From positions 1-64,000 of the IMG/VR virus record IMGVR_UViG_3300023117_002343: a DNA stretch of 64,000 nt, one strand, 5' to 3'. Shown piece after piece: positions 46,653 through 55,688 of the stretch; positions within the stretch are counted from its first letter, which is position 1, and each line of letters begins with the position of its first letter. Under the pieces are notes generated by a model that saw nothing but the letters and a program-made list of their open reading frames with translations, did no database searches and was not told the origin of the DNA. The position numbers and the translations under genes are program-made. Origin of the DNA: a virus.

Positions 46653-48169
46653 CGTTGCAATCGTTTAGATTCAGAAATTATGCGTCCGTATTTTCTGTTC
46701 AAATATGAATGCACAATTTTTTCAATAGAAGCATAGGAATAATTTATTTTTCCTTCTTGTTTTTTCTTGGCAATATGATCAACTAGCTTCGGAATAATCT
46801 TAATAAGATCATTTTGTAATTCTAGTGTGATTCCCATATTGGAACCCTTTCTTGATAGCATTTCTTTATGCGTTTTAAACCAGCTTACAATGGCTGCCTT
46901 AACTTTTTGTTCAATATTGTCTCGGTCCGAATCTTTTACAACTTTTTTCAAGCCATCTTCCAGATCGCTTACTATTTCGTCCGTCAAAGCATATTGTCTA
47001 GTAAGAGGATCAGCACTATTTTTCCAACGAGTCAACATGTCTGATATGACGTCACCAATGGGTTCATCGAGTTTTGATGCTTCAACTGCTGAATCTTTTA
47101 GTGCTTCTCTCGCTTTACTCTCAAGCTCTTGAGATTCTTGCTCAGATACTTCAGGTGTTTTGTCTGCATCTTCAGCTTTATCTTTTAATTCTTTTGCGGC
47201 TTCTTCGGCATCTTTAACTGCTTCTACAGATTCTTGAGCATCTTGTTTTTCAAGCTTAGGATTAAAAAACTTAGGATCCATTAAATTTTCAATCTTAACT
47301 TTCATTAAAGCAGCGGCCATTTCTTCTGGCATTTTATCTATCTGTCTAGACTGCGCTTGAACTGGTGCCATTAATTGCTTTTGAAGCCCCGGTAATATTT
47401 TAATGTTCTTGAAAAAATTGAACATATTTTTAATTTTAGTGCCATCTATTTCTCTTCGAATATCAGCTGCTGCCTTTTTTTGTTCTTCTTCTGTATTTTT
47501 TCCAGCAAGATTAAAAATTTGTTCGATTGTTGAATCTTTACCAGTTTTTAAAGCTTTTAACGCTTCTTCAGATTGAGCATTTATGTTTCCCTGTTTGGCA
47601 GCATCTTCTGCTTTTTTTATTATCGGATTTAAAGATCGACCAACACGCTGCTGGAATGTTTTCATCCCATTGACAATGCCACCGGCGAATGTTTGAGATT
47701 TCAAAGCTAATTCGCTGGCTGCATTCACCAAAGGAATATAATCCCTAAATTTTTCGAAAGTTTTGCCAATTTGCGGCAATTTAACCCACTTGTTAAAACC
47801 ATCAGAACTTGTATCTAATTTTTCTAACTTGGCCAATGTTGCATCGGTCTGTTGTTGCAATACTTCAAGATATTTTTGAACTTCCGGAACAGCATCAAGA
47901 AACTCTTCAGGCGAAGATAATCCTTTATCAGCCTCAAAGTCATAAACTTTAAATTGTTTTAAATATTTTTCAACTGTTTCTAAATTTTTTGCTGCAGCAT
48001 TTAAATTATCATTAACATTTTTAAAATCAGCTGCATCTAATTTTTCCACAAGCAAATATCGTATGGACATTTCGTGCAAGGATCGATCTGCATATTGCGG
48101 CAAAGATTGAATTTTGCGCAGCATGTCTAAGCTTTCTGCAATAATTTTATCATGATTCTTTAGTTGCAT
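46625..48169 (-). CDS. AT-rich helical protein, putative internal virion protein
   Basis: IIAES leader and C-terminal ISESKRLQRWQLLAGLK. Confidence 0.65.
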   Translation of the reverse strand: MQLKNHDKIIAESLDMLRKIQSLPQYADRSLHEMSIRYLLVEKLDAADFKNVNDNLNAAAKNLETVEKYLKQFKVYDFEADKGLSSPEEFLDAVPEVQKYLEVLQQQTDATLAKLEKLDTSSDGFNKWVKLPQIGKTFEKFRDYIPLVNAASELALKSQTFAGGIVNGMKTFQQRVGRSLNPIIKKAEDAAKQGNINAQSEEALKALKTGKDSTIEQIFNLAGKNTEEEQKKAAADIRREIDGTKIKNMFNFFKNIKILPGLQKQLMAPVQAQSRQIDKMPEEMAAALMKVKIENLMDPKFFNPKLEKQDAQESVEAVKDAEEAAKELKDKAEDADKTPEVSEQESQELESKAREALKDSAVEASKLDEPIGDVISDMLTRWKNSADPLTRQYALTDEIVSDLEDGLKKVVKDSDRDNIEQKVKAAIVSWFKTHKEMLSRKGSNMGITLELQNDLIKIIPKLVDHIAKKKQEGKINYSYASIEKIVHSYLNRKYGRIISESKRLQRWQLLAGLK

Positions 48170-48196
48170 AGATTATAAGCCAGGTAAAGCTTTTAC

Positions 48197-48203
48197 TAAA
48201 TAT
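48197..48203 (-). promoter_or_regulatory. ATATTTA putative late promoter
   Basis: Intergenic, at the boundary between the nucleotide-metabolism genes and the (I/L)xE gene block. Confidence 0.6.
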
Positions 48204-48214
48204 GGCCTACTGAT

Positions 48215-48646
48215 TCAGTCTGAAGAATCTAATGACACTTTTCGAACCTGTCGTTTGGCTCTTGCAAGCATGTCCAAACCCGAAGTATCTCGATAGGTCT
48301 CACAGTAGACGAGCTCGTCTATGCCGGCATTGATAATGGCCTTAGCACACATTTTGCACGGAGACAAGGTGACATACATTCGCTTTCTTTGCGGATTGTT
48401 ATAGTCCATCTTGATCAGGGCATTGACCTCTGCGTGAATGCATCCACTCTGGCCGGGCTCTGCAGACTCAACTTCATTGGGTCCGCCGGCTTGATCACCA
48501 TTGTATCCCATAGCCAAGACCTGAGTGTTATCATTGGAAACCACCACAGCTCCAACTTTGTGTCTCTGGTCAATGCTTCTCTCGGCAATAGACTGGGCAA
48601 AGCGCATCCAGATAGTGTCCCAATCGGGTCTTTTATTTATTCCCAT
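48215..48646 (-). CDS. dCMP deaminase
   Basis: KVGAVVV, GYNG, HAEVNA and SPCKMCAKAIINAGI. Confidence 0.92.
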   Translation of the reverse strand: MGINKRPDWDTIWMRFAQSIAERSIDQRHKVGAVVVSNDNTQVLAMGYNGDQAGGPNEVESAEPGQSGCIHAEVNALIKMDYNNPQRKRMYVTLSPCKMCAKAIINAGIDELVYCETYRDTSGLDMLARAKRQVRKVSLDSSD

Positions 48647-49482
48647 GGCCAAAACAACTTTTCTACGCTTTCTGATGGTCCCAAAGTAAACCCAGCAGCT
48701 TTTTTATGTCCACCGCCGCCAAAGCGCGCAGCAATTTTTGATACATCGACTTCGTTCTTTTGGGTTCTTAGGCTGACTTTATGCTTCATATTTTTGTGAT
48801 CGTAGTACCAAATAACAACGAAATCACAAGTAGGAGCCAATTGAGATCCAATTTCGCTTTGTAAGATTGAGCTATTTACCACGCAAACTTCATAGCTTCT
48901 CCATAAATTTTTTCGAGCACTTTGGCATATTTTCTTCATAACAATATTATTATAATGAAGAATAGTATAACCATCGCTCACAAGCTCCTCGAACTGCGAG
49001 AGATTATTCATGGCATCAAACGACTCAAAAGTAAAGTCGATCAATGAGGTTAGCGCGGCAGACACAGCTTTACTGTCTTCCAGCTCAAAACGCCATAGGT
49101 CTCTGTCCTCAATATAACGCAAAAAAATCGGAGGATCTTCAGAGCCATGAAAGAATTGCCAGGACAATATTGCGCCACTTCTACTCATGTCTAATTGAGC
49201 TTCAGGGATGCCGGCTAAATTTTCTTGGGCAGTTTTATGATGATCTAACACAATCAAAGAATTAGCTTTTTCTATCATTTTCTTAATATCATAACGCGAA
49301 TAAGAAAAATCCAGAATGGCTACATTTTTACCTGTAACATTTGGTATCGGATCGCCATAGGATGCCGGCAAATACTGAGCTCGATCGCCCAGAAGCTTCC
49401 AAGCGGCCCAAGCTGCACCGAATCCATCAGGACAATTTGCGTGATAAATAACTAGGTCGACGTCTTGCGGATTGGGTCTCAT
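48637..49482 (-). CDS. DHH/DHHA1 phosphoesterase
   Basis: YHANCPDG, LDFS, LDHHKT, EDRDLW and GGGGHKKAAGF. Confidence 0.9.
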   Translation of the reverse strand: MRPNPQDVDLVIYHANCPDGFGAAWAAWKLLGDRAQYLPASYGDPIPNVTGKNVAILDFSYSRYDIKKMIEKANSLIVLDHHKTAQENLAGIPEAQLDMSRSGAILSWQFFHGSEDPPIFLRYIEDRDLWRFELEDSKAVSAALTSLIDFTFESFDAMNNLSQFEELVSDGYTILHYNNIVMKKICQSARKNLWRSYEVCVVNSSILQSEIGSQLAPTCDFVVIWYYDHKNMKHKVSLRTQKNEVDVSKIAARFGGGGHKKAAGFTLGPSESVEKLFWPWE

Positions 49483-49483
49483 G

Positions 49484-50029
49484 CTACCTCAAAAATGTTG
49501 TGTGCTGGTGGCATCTGGGCTCATATTTTTCTGAGCCTCCTACGTCAATGTAATTCAGACCTTCAACGCGAGCCACAGTGTAATAAGCATCATGATAACA
49601 CATGGTGCAAACTGCCGGACACACTTTGATCTCGGTGGCCCATGGCAGCATGGCTTGCACTTCCGGAAATACTTCGCCGCGAGCGGAAAGTTGAATGGTG
49701 GAGACGTATATGGACTTGCCCATCTTAAAAAGCGAAATGAGGGCCTCAGCCGAATCATCGATCATAAATGCTTCGTCGACTGCCACTACATCGCATTCCT
49801 GTGCTGCCTCAAAAATCTCGCGACCATTGGAAACCCCGATGGCCTCTGTAGCGTCTCCAGAATGGGTCACGATTGATTCGTCTGCATATCTATGGTCTAA
49901 CTTAGGTTTGAATGTCAGAACGTTTCTGGACTGGTATCCGGATCGATCTATAACGTTCAGCAGCTGACGAGACTTTCCTCCAAACATTGGTCCCGTGTAA
50001 ATTACGAATTCTGGATTACTTTTCATCAC
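49484..50029 (-). CDS. tdk: Thymidine kinase
   Basis: GPMFGGKS, FKPKLDHRY, VDEAF and VGGSEKYEPRC. Confidence 0.92.
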   Translation of the reverse strand: MMKSNPEFVIYTGPMFGGKSRQLLNVIDRSGYQSRNVLTFKPKLDHRYADESIVTHSGDATEAIGVSNGREIFEAAQECDVVAVDEAFMIDDSAEALISLFKMGKSIYVSTIQLSARGEVFPEVQAMLPWATEIKVCPAVCTMCYHDAYYTVARVEGLNYIDVGGSEKYEPRCHQHTTFLR

Positions 50030-51056
50030 TTTCCTTTTGTGATTTTTTAGGCGTCAGTTCCCACCAGGCCAAAGTGGATTCCAGGCCAGTTTCAAAATCA
50101 GTCTGTGGCTTCCAGCTGGTCTCTTCTGTGATGGCCTCAATACTTGCCTTGGTGTGCTTGACATCGCCAGGTCTTTCAGGCGCATGTGTAATTTCAATGT
50201 CACCAAATCGATCTTTGAGCATTTGAAGGATCTGATTGTTAGACAGACTCTTGCCGTAGCCCACATTGTAGGCCGCAAAGTCGCCTGTGTCTTCTGATGC
50301 CACTGTCACCAGAGCGTTAACCACATCGCCTACGTAAACCATGTCTCTTGTCTGCTCACCGTCGCCATCAGAGCGCAGAGGTTGATTCTGTTTGAGCTTA
50401 TCGCACCAGGCTGCTACGGCTGTAGCGTAGGGATTATTGCCATAACAGCCCGGACCGTACACGTTAAAAAATCTCAGTGCTGCACTTTTGAGTCCGTAGA
50501 GATCAGCAAACTGTTTTAAAAACATTTCAGAGCACAGTTTTTGTAGGCCATATGGGCTTCTGGGCTCTTTGTGAAAACTTTCTTCTGTGGCTATTTCGTC
50601 TGGATGTGACGTAAAAGAGCCGTAAATTGCAGAAGAAGAAGCAAAGACGAACTTTTCAACTCCACTTTTTACAGCCATCTCTGCTAGGGCCACCGTCTTA
50701 AAGAGGTTGGTGTCGGTGGAGACAGTGGGATTTTCGACTGAGTACTCAACGCGTGGATTGGCTGCAAGATGAAAGACGTGTGTATATCCTCCCTGCATGA
50801 TGTGCTTAATAACGTCGGGATCTGACATGTCAGCTGTGATGACCAGAGTCTGATCGCTGCCCAGATTTTCGCGCGCAAAAAGTATGTCGACCAATCCTGG
50901 TAAGACCGTTCGAGGCACCACGTCTTTTTCTATCAGGTTCTGAAGATAGCCTGAGCTCAAGTCATCAATAACTGTAACCTTCCAGCCTTCTTCCAATAGT
51001 TTTTTCACTAGGTGTGATCCAATAAAACCGCAACCCCCTGTCACTAGTGCTTTCAT
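50016..51056 (-). CDS. NAD-dependent nucleotide-sugar epimerase/dehydratase
   Basis: TGGCGFIG, FHLAA, SPYGLQK, RFFNVYGP and GDGEQTRD. Confidence 0.92.
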   Translation of the reverse strand: MKALVTGGCGFIGSHLVKKLLEEGWKVTVIDDLSSGYLQNLIEKDVVPRTVLPGLVDILFARENLGSDQTLVITADMSDPDVIKHIMQGGYTHVFHLAANPRVEYSVENPTVSTDTNLFKTVALAEMAVKSGVEKFVFASSSAIYGSFTSHPDEIATEESFHKEPRSPYGLQKLCSEMFLKQFADLYGLKSAALRFFNVYGPGCYGNNPYATAVAAWCDKLKQNQPLRSDGDGEQTRDMVYVGDVVNALVTVASEDTGDFAAYNVGYGKSLSNNQILQMLKDRFGDIEITHAPERPGDVKHTKASIEAITEETSWKPQTDFETGLESTLAWWELTPKKSQKESDEK

Positions 51057-54000
51057 TAAGCAATTCTCCTTAGTTTTGTCACTGAGGTAGAGAAACCCCA
51101 GTTTGAATCATTTGATGCATGTGCCATCCAAAGTGAAAATCTTTCAGGCGGAACATTGTTTTCAAACTTACCCCATACACGTAACCAAGTCGCATTATGT
51201 TCATTGTCAATTGCCCGAATCCGATAAAACGTTTTTCCATTTTTCGTTTTCTTTTGGATTACATCTTGCACACAAAACCAACCAATACCTGCGGTTCCTG
51301 ATTGTATTTTATGCAAGGAACTCACATTTTTCTCACCAAGTCTGTTCATTAGCTTGCTTGAGAAAAGTAGTTCCGGATCAACTGATGACGTTAGATCAAA
51401 TTGTAAATTTATTTTTTGAGTTCGAGTCCAATCTTCCAAATTGGCATATTTTTGTAATAACACATCTACAATTGGTTCAGGTTCTATTTCTTCTTTTGCC
51501 AATTTCTTAAGCTGTGTAGTGGTCTTTCCATATCGACCTTTTTTCAAAAGAACATAGTTGTTTTCATCAGTAAATGTATACAACAGCTGATTATAGTTGA
51601 TGTCACTTTGTTCAAAATCTTTAAGTGATGAAAGGGCTTCAATTTTGCACAGGGCTGATAGACATGTCTTGTTAATTTTAGACAATCTCCACTTGCCGTC
51701 TTCATTATAAAGAAAATCATCAATGCTGGCAAATGGGCGTAAATTCAAGATTTCATCTACGGCAGTCGCACCAATGCCTTTGACAGATGCAAGTGAAGGC
51801 ACAAAAGCATCAATATCATCTGAAAATGCCCACTCTTTTTCGGAGTAATTAACATCAATTTGAGCAAATTCATAGCCCATTTTACGAATTTCGTTAATGA
51901 CTTTTGTGAGTTTTTCCTGACTTCCACTCTCAGCCTGCAACACAGTGGACAACCAGTGTTTAGGATAATACGTTGACAACCAGGCACCGTAATAAGATAC
52001 GATTGCATAAGAAACAGCATGGCTCAAGTTAAAACCGTAAAGCGAGAAAAAAGCAATCTTGTCAAAAAGCTCTTGCGCTTTTCTTCTTTCCAGCCCGCTA
52101 ACACTGACACAGCCCTCAACGAACTTCTTTTCCAGCTCTTCCTTTTCTTTAGCTTTCTTTCCTAGTGATGTCAGGTCTTTCTTCACAAGAGTTTTTCGCA
52201 TCTTGTCCGAATCACCAGGTGAAAATCCTGCCAATTGCTGAGCCAAAAGCATGAATTGTTCCTGGAATGCGATAAAGCCGTATGTGGATCCCAGTACATT
52301 CTTGATTGCAGGATGATCGTATTTAATATTTTCTGCATCACGCTTAGCTTTTACGTACAACTTGTGAACGTTAGCCTTGAGTGGCCCGGGCCGATAGATG
52401 GCTGTAATTGCCGCGAGGTCAGTAATGTTATCAGGTTGTGCCTCCAAGCAGAACTTTCGAGCACCAGGTGATGTAAACTGAAAAATGCCAGGCCAGTTAC
52501 CGCCTTTGAAAACGTGATCAAAAACTTTTGAATCGCTTGGCTCAACATAACGACAATTTAGTTTTTCATCATAGAACTTTTTGATTTCTTCAAACTGCGG
52601 TTCTTTGGAATTTTGACTCTTAAGAATGCGACGAATACAATCTTCGACCATCTTCATTTGAGACAGTCCTAAAAAGTCAAACTTTAGAAAACCATTCTCT
52701 TCAAGGTTTCGGATGTTGACGCCCTCGGTCCAAGGTGTCTGTAGTTCACCACGAACCTTAATGAGCGGCATATGCTTTTCAAGCTCAGGACAGATAAGCA
52801 CACCACCCGCATGTCGACCAATCGATCGATTCATCATGAAAAGCTTTTTAACCTTATCCTCAACCTGAGGATATTTTTCCATGAAGTTTTGATAGCGTTC
52901 TGAATACTTCATGCAATCTTCATGCTTCAGGACAAACATTGATTTTTCCATGTTTGGATCCTGTGCCCGGATTGAAACCTCGGCCTCCAGCGGACCCGTC
53001 ACCGCATTTACCTCACTAAAGGGAATTTGATATAACTTGCTAATGTCCTTTACCAGGGATTTGAGCTTTAAGGTGTTGAAGTTGGAAACCGGAACCACAG
53101 CATCCTCACCAAAAATTTCCCTAGCGGCATTGATTAGCTCATCACGATCACCAACATCAGTATCGATGTCGGGCCACGATGCCTTTTGCTTATTGAGAAA
53201 TCTCTCAAACAGAAGGCCGTACTTAACGGGATCAACGTGTGTAATGCCTAGCAGATAGTTGACAAGGCTACCGGCGCCGGAACCTCGACCGGCACCTGGA
53301 AGAGTTCGATTTTCGGCAAGCTTAAAAACCTTCTGAAGGGTCAAGAAGTAATCCGAAAAATTCAAGTACTTAATATCGCCAAGCTCCATCTTGGCTCGTT
53401 CAACATACTCAGGTTTTTCATGCAGTCCTTCGGCAACCAAACCGTCCTTGACCAATTGCGACAACTGTTGAAACGCGGTTTTCTTTTCATTGGTAAATCT
53501 TGGAAGTTTTGCAGTCGTATCAAACCAAACTTCATTACAAAGCTGCCAAGCAATATCATGACCGGTTTCGATTGACCGCCTGACAAGGTCTTCGGTTCCT
53601 TCGTACCAAGAAAATTCCTGCCGACGAAGAAGATACTCATCCCACATTTGTACTGCATTTTTTGGATACAGCTTTGCCTTTAGTTCATGTTCTAGCGGAA
53701 CTTTTGGACCAGTGCCATCATCCTTAATGCGACCAGGCATTAATAGACGATAAACCTCACGTGCCTCCCATAGATCTGGCCCTGGAAAGTGTGAATCTGC
53801 TGTGGCCACCATTGGAATGCCTGTTTTCTTTGAGGTCTCAATGATGACTCGGTTAGTAAGATCCTGCGCGTTCATTGCATGAAACTGTGTTTCTAAAAAA
53901 AAGTTCTCACGTCCCACAGCATCAATAAACATGTCACAGGCGTTTTCAATCTTACCAACGCACTTTGACATGATTGCAGGATCATCAACCAACGATGGGT

Positions 54001-54616
54001 GTAGTTGGTCAAATTTGAGACCAACAAATTCATCGTAAATGAGACCTGATGGGTATCCCCCCACGCATGCCGTTGATACAGCTAAGCCTTCGCCGTGTTG
54101 CTTAAGCATCTCAAAATCAATACGAGGAAAACGGAAAAAACCCTCAGCAAAGGAGCGTTTTACCAATGTAAAAAGATTTGCTAGGCCTACTTCATTTTTT
54201 GCAATAACGACAAGGTGATACCTTCTATTGACATTGCTAACGGCAGCCTTGGTTCGTGTTTCATCTGCGTCTTCCAAAACCAACCCAGCGTCTTTATCAC
54301 TTACACCTTTTTTGCTTTTGGCATCTTTTGACTCGGTGTATGCTATGCGCCAGTCCTTTAGTGAAGGCACAAAGTAAAATTCAACGCCATAAATCTGTCG
54401 AAACTTTCTACCCTTTCCGGATAGCTTTTTCATGTGTGCATGAGCATGTGCCAAACCGTTACCGTTACCATGATCAGTCAGAGTCCAGCCATCCAGCTGA
54501 TTCTTCAAGCAAAATTCAATATGCTCATGTGGTTGACCTAGGCCATCATAAGGAGAAAAAGTTGAATGACCATGAATAGAAACGAAACGATCAGGTGGAC
54601 GTAAAATATGACTCAT
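51056..54616 (-). CDS. dnaE: DNA polymerase III alpha subunit (family C)
   Basis: PHP domain (HGHS, TDHG, GVE, DSH), GRGSGAGSL, PDIDTD, HAGGV, KFDFLGL and YGFNLSHA. Start set to ATG at 54616. Confidence 0.96.
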   Translation of the reverse strand: MSHILRPPDRFVSIHGHSTFSPYDGLGQPHEHIEFCLKNQLDGWTLTDHGNGNGLAHAHAHMKKLSGKGRKFRQIYGVEFYFVPSLKDWRIAYTESKDAKSKKGVSDKDAGLVLEDADETRTKAAVSNVNRRYHLVVIAKNEVGLANLFTLVKRSFAEGFFRFPRIDFEMLKQHGEGLAVSTACVGGYPSGLIYDEFVGLKFDQLHPSLVDDPAIMSKCVGKIENACDMFIDAVGRENFFLETQFHAMNAQDLTNRVIIETSKKTGIPMVATADSHFPGPDLWEAREVYRLLMPGRIKDDGTGPKVPLEHELKAKLYPKNAVQMWDEYLLRRQEFSWYEGTEDLVRRSIETGHDIAWQLCNEVWFDTTAKLPRFTNEKKTAFQQLSQLVKDGLVAEGLHEKPEYVERAKMELGDIKYLNFSDYFLTLQKVFKLAENRTLPGAGRGSGAGSLVNYLLGITHVDPVKYGLLFERFLNKQKASWPDIDTDVGDRDELINAAREIFGEDAVVPVSNFNTLKLKSLVKDISKLYQIPFSEVNAVTGPLEAEVSIRAQDPNMEKSMFVLKHEDCMKYSERYQNFMEKYPQVEDKVKKLFMMNRSIGRHAGGVLICPELEKHMPLIKVRGELQTPWTEGVNIRNLEENGFLKFDFLGLSQMKMVEDCIRRILKSQNSKEPQFEEIKKFYDEKLNCRYVEPSDSKVFDHVFKGGNWPGIFQFTSPGARKFCLEAQPDNITDLAAITAIYRPGPLKANVHKLYVKAKRDAENIKYDHPAIKNVLGSTYGFIAFQEQFMLLAQQLAGFSPGDSDKMRKTLVKKDLTSLGKKAKEKEELEKKFVEGCVSVSGLERRKAQELFDKIAFFSLYGFNLSHAVSYAIVSYYGAWLSTYYPKHWLSTVLQAESGSQEKLTKVINEIRKMGYEFAQIDVNYSEKEWAFSDDIDAFVPSLASVKGIGATAVDEILNLRPFASIDDFLYNEDGKWRLSKINKTCLSALCKIEALSSLKDFEQSDINYNQLLYTFTDENNYVLLKKGRYGKTTTQLKKLAKEEIEPEPIVDVLLQKYANLEDWTRTQKINLQFDLTSSVDPELLFSSKLMNRLGEKNVSSLHKIQSGTAGIGWFCVQDVIQKKTKNGKTFYRIRAIDNEHNATWLRVWGKFENNVPPERFSLWMAHASNDSNWGFSTSVTKLRRIA

Positions 54617-54635
54617 GATATAATCCTTAAAAAAG

Positions 54636-54698
54636 TGTGCCTCCACAATTATATCATCATGGAGGCACATTTACACGTTTTTAATGGATGAAAACGTG
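54636..54698 (-). promoter_or_regulatory. GTGTAA-N17-TATAAT promoter embedded in two inverted repeats upstream of dnaE
   Basis: Arms TGTGCCTCCA (54636-45) and TGGAGGCACA (54660-69) enclose the -10 box. Arms CACGTTTT (54674-81) and AAAACGTG (54691-98) overlap the -35 box. Confidence 0.65.
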
Positions 54699-54706
54699 AT
54701 GATTTT

Positions 54707-55165
54707 TTACTCGATGCTGTCAGAGTAAGGCTCTAGGAGCATCTCACCGGCTTCATGACAACGATCCAAGTAATCTTCCAACTGCTCAAAAGTCGTGCAA
54801 ACCTTGACACCGCTTCTTGCCAGCATCAAATTGAATGGTGCTCCCTTTGGGAGACCCGCGCAAAAGTAAATAATGGCCTTATCAAATGCCGTGGCATAAC
54901 CGCATTCCATGATAGTGCCAAGATCTTTATCACGGGTATTGACAACCAAAAAGTCAGCTTCTCGAATGTGCTTTAGGTTTCCTTGGTAGGTCGCATCCTG
55001 CACATCTTTTGGCGCATTTGGTGGACATACAAAAATTCTACGTGGGGAAGCCAGCTCAACCCAAGAATCACGCTCATCCAAGATCTGCTCAAGGCGATCA
55101 AGTTCGGCGGCCTGCGTGGGGTTAAACCAGCCGGCTGCCAAATAACACTTCTTTCTATCACTCAT
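54707..55165 (-). CDS. Nucleoside 2-deoxyribosyltransferase / MilB-Rcl family N-glycosidase
   Basis: YLAAGWFNP.Q, I.EADF.V, DLGTIMECGYA and FNLML. Start at ATG 55165. Confidence 0.88.
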   Translation of the reverse strand: MSDRKKCYLAAGWFNPTQAAELDRLEQILDERDSWVELASPRRIFVCPPNAPKDVQDATYQGNLKHIREADFLVVNTRDKDLGTIMECGYATAFDKAIIYFCAGLPKGAPFNLMLARSGVKVCTTFEQLEDYLDRCHEAGEMLLEPYSDSIE

Positions 55166-55166
55166 A

Positions 55167-55688
55167 TTATTTCTCCAAAAATTGCTTAATATCGGAAAGC
55201 TCTCTTTCCAGATTTTCGTCATCAACATTCATAACCAAAACATCACACTTTGACCACTCGGCAAACTCGAGATAGCGTTCATGAATTTTTTCAATATTAT
55301 CATTAATCGCCTCATATTCATCACTCGAGTTTTCGTAATTTGATCGTACCGGTATTATTATTTTTGTCCCTAATCGTGCATGGCGTGAATCCAGTTCTCG
55401 TAAAACTTCAAAATCCACTTTTCGACCAAGCACAGAACCGTAAATCCACTCGGACGGCCATGCACGATCTAGAATAACTGAGGCACCTGATTGCTCTAAA
55501 AATGAAGTAAAATAGGTGTCGACATATCTGACAGCATGCAAAAAATAAGAAGGATCCTGTAAAAAGTATCGATGCTCATCACAATTTTTGAAATACGGAA
55601 TTTCAAGCTCATTTGCAAGTGCCTGAGACATTTGTGTTTTTCCACAACCATCAGGTCCATCAAAAATAATCACATGCTGTTTTGTCAT
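55167..55688 (-). CDS. Deoxynucleoside monophosphate kinase (thymidylate-kinase-like)
   Basis: IIFDGPDGCGKT P-loop and ILDRAWPSEWIYG. Confidence 0.85.
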   Translation of the reverse strand: MTKQHVIIFDGPDGCGKTQMSQALANELEIPYFKNCDEHRYFLQDPSYFLHAVRYVDTYFTSFLEQSGASVILDRAWPSEWIYGSVLGRKVDFEVLRELDSRHARLGTKIIIPVRSNYENSSDEYEAINDNIEKIHERYLEFAEWSKCDVLVMNVDDENLERELSDIKQFLEK

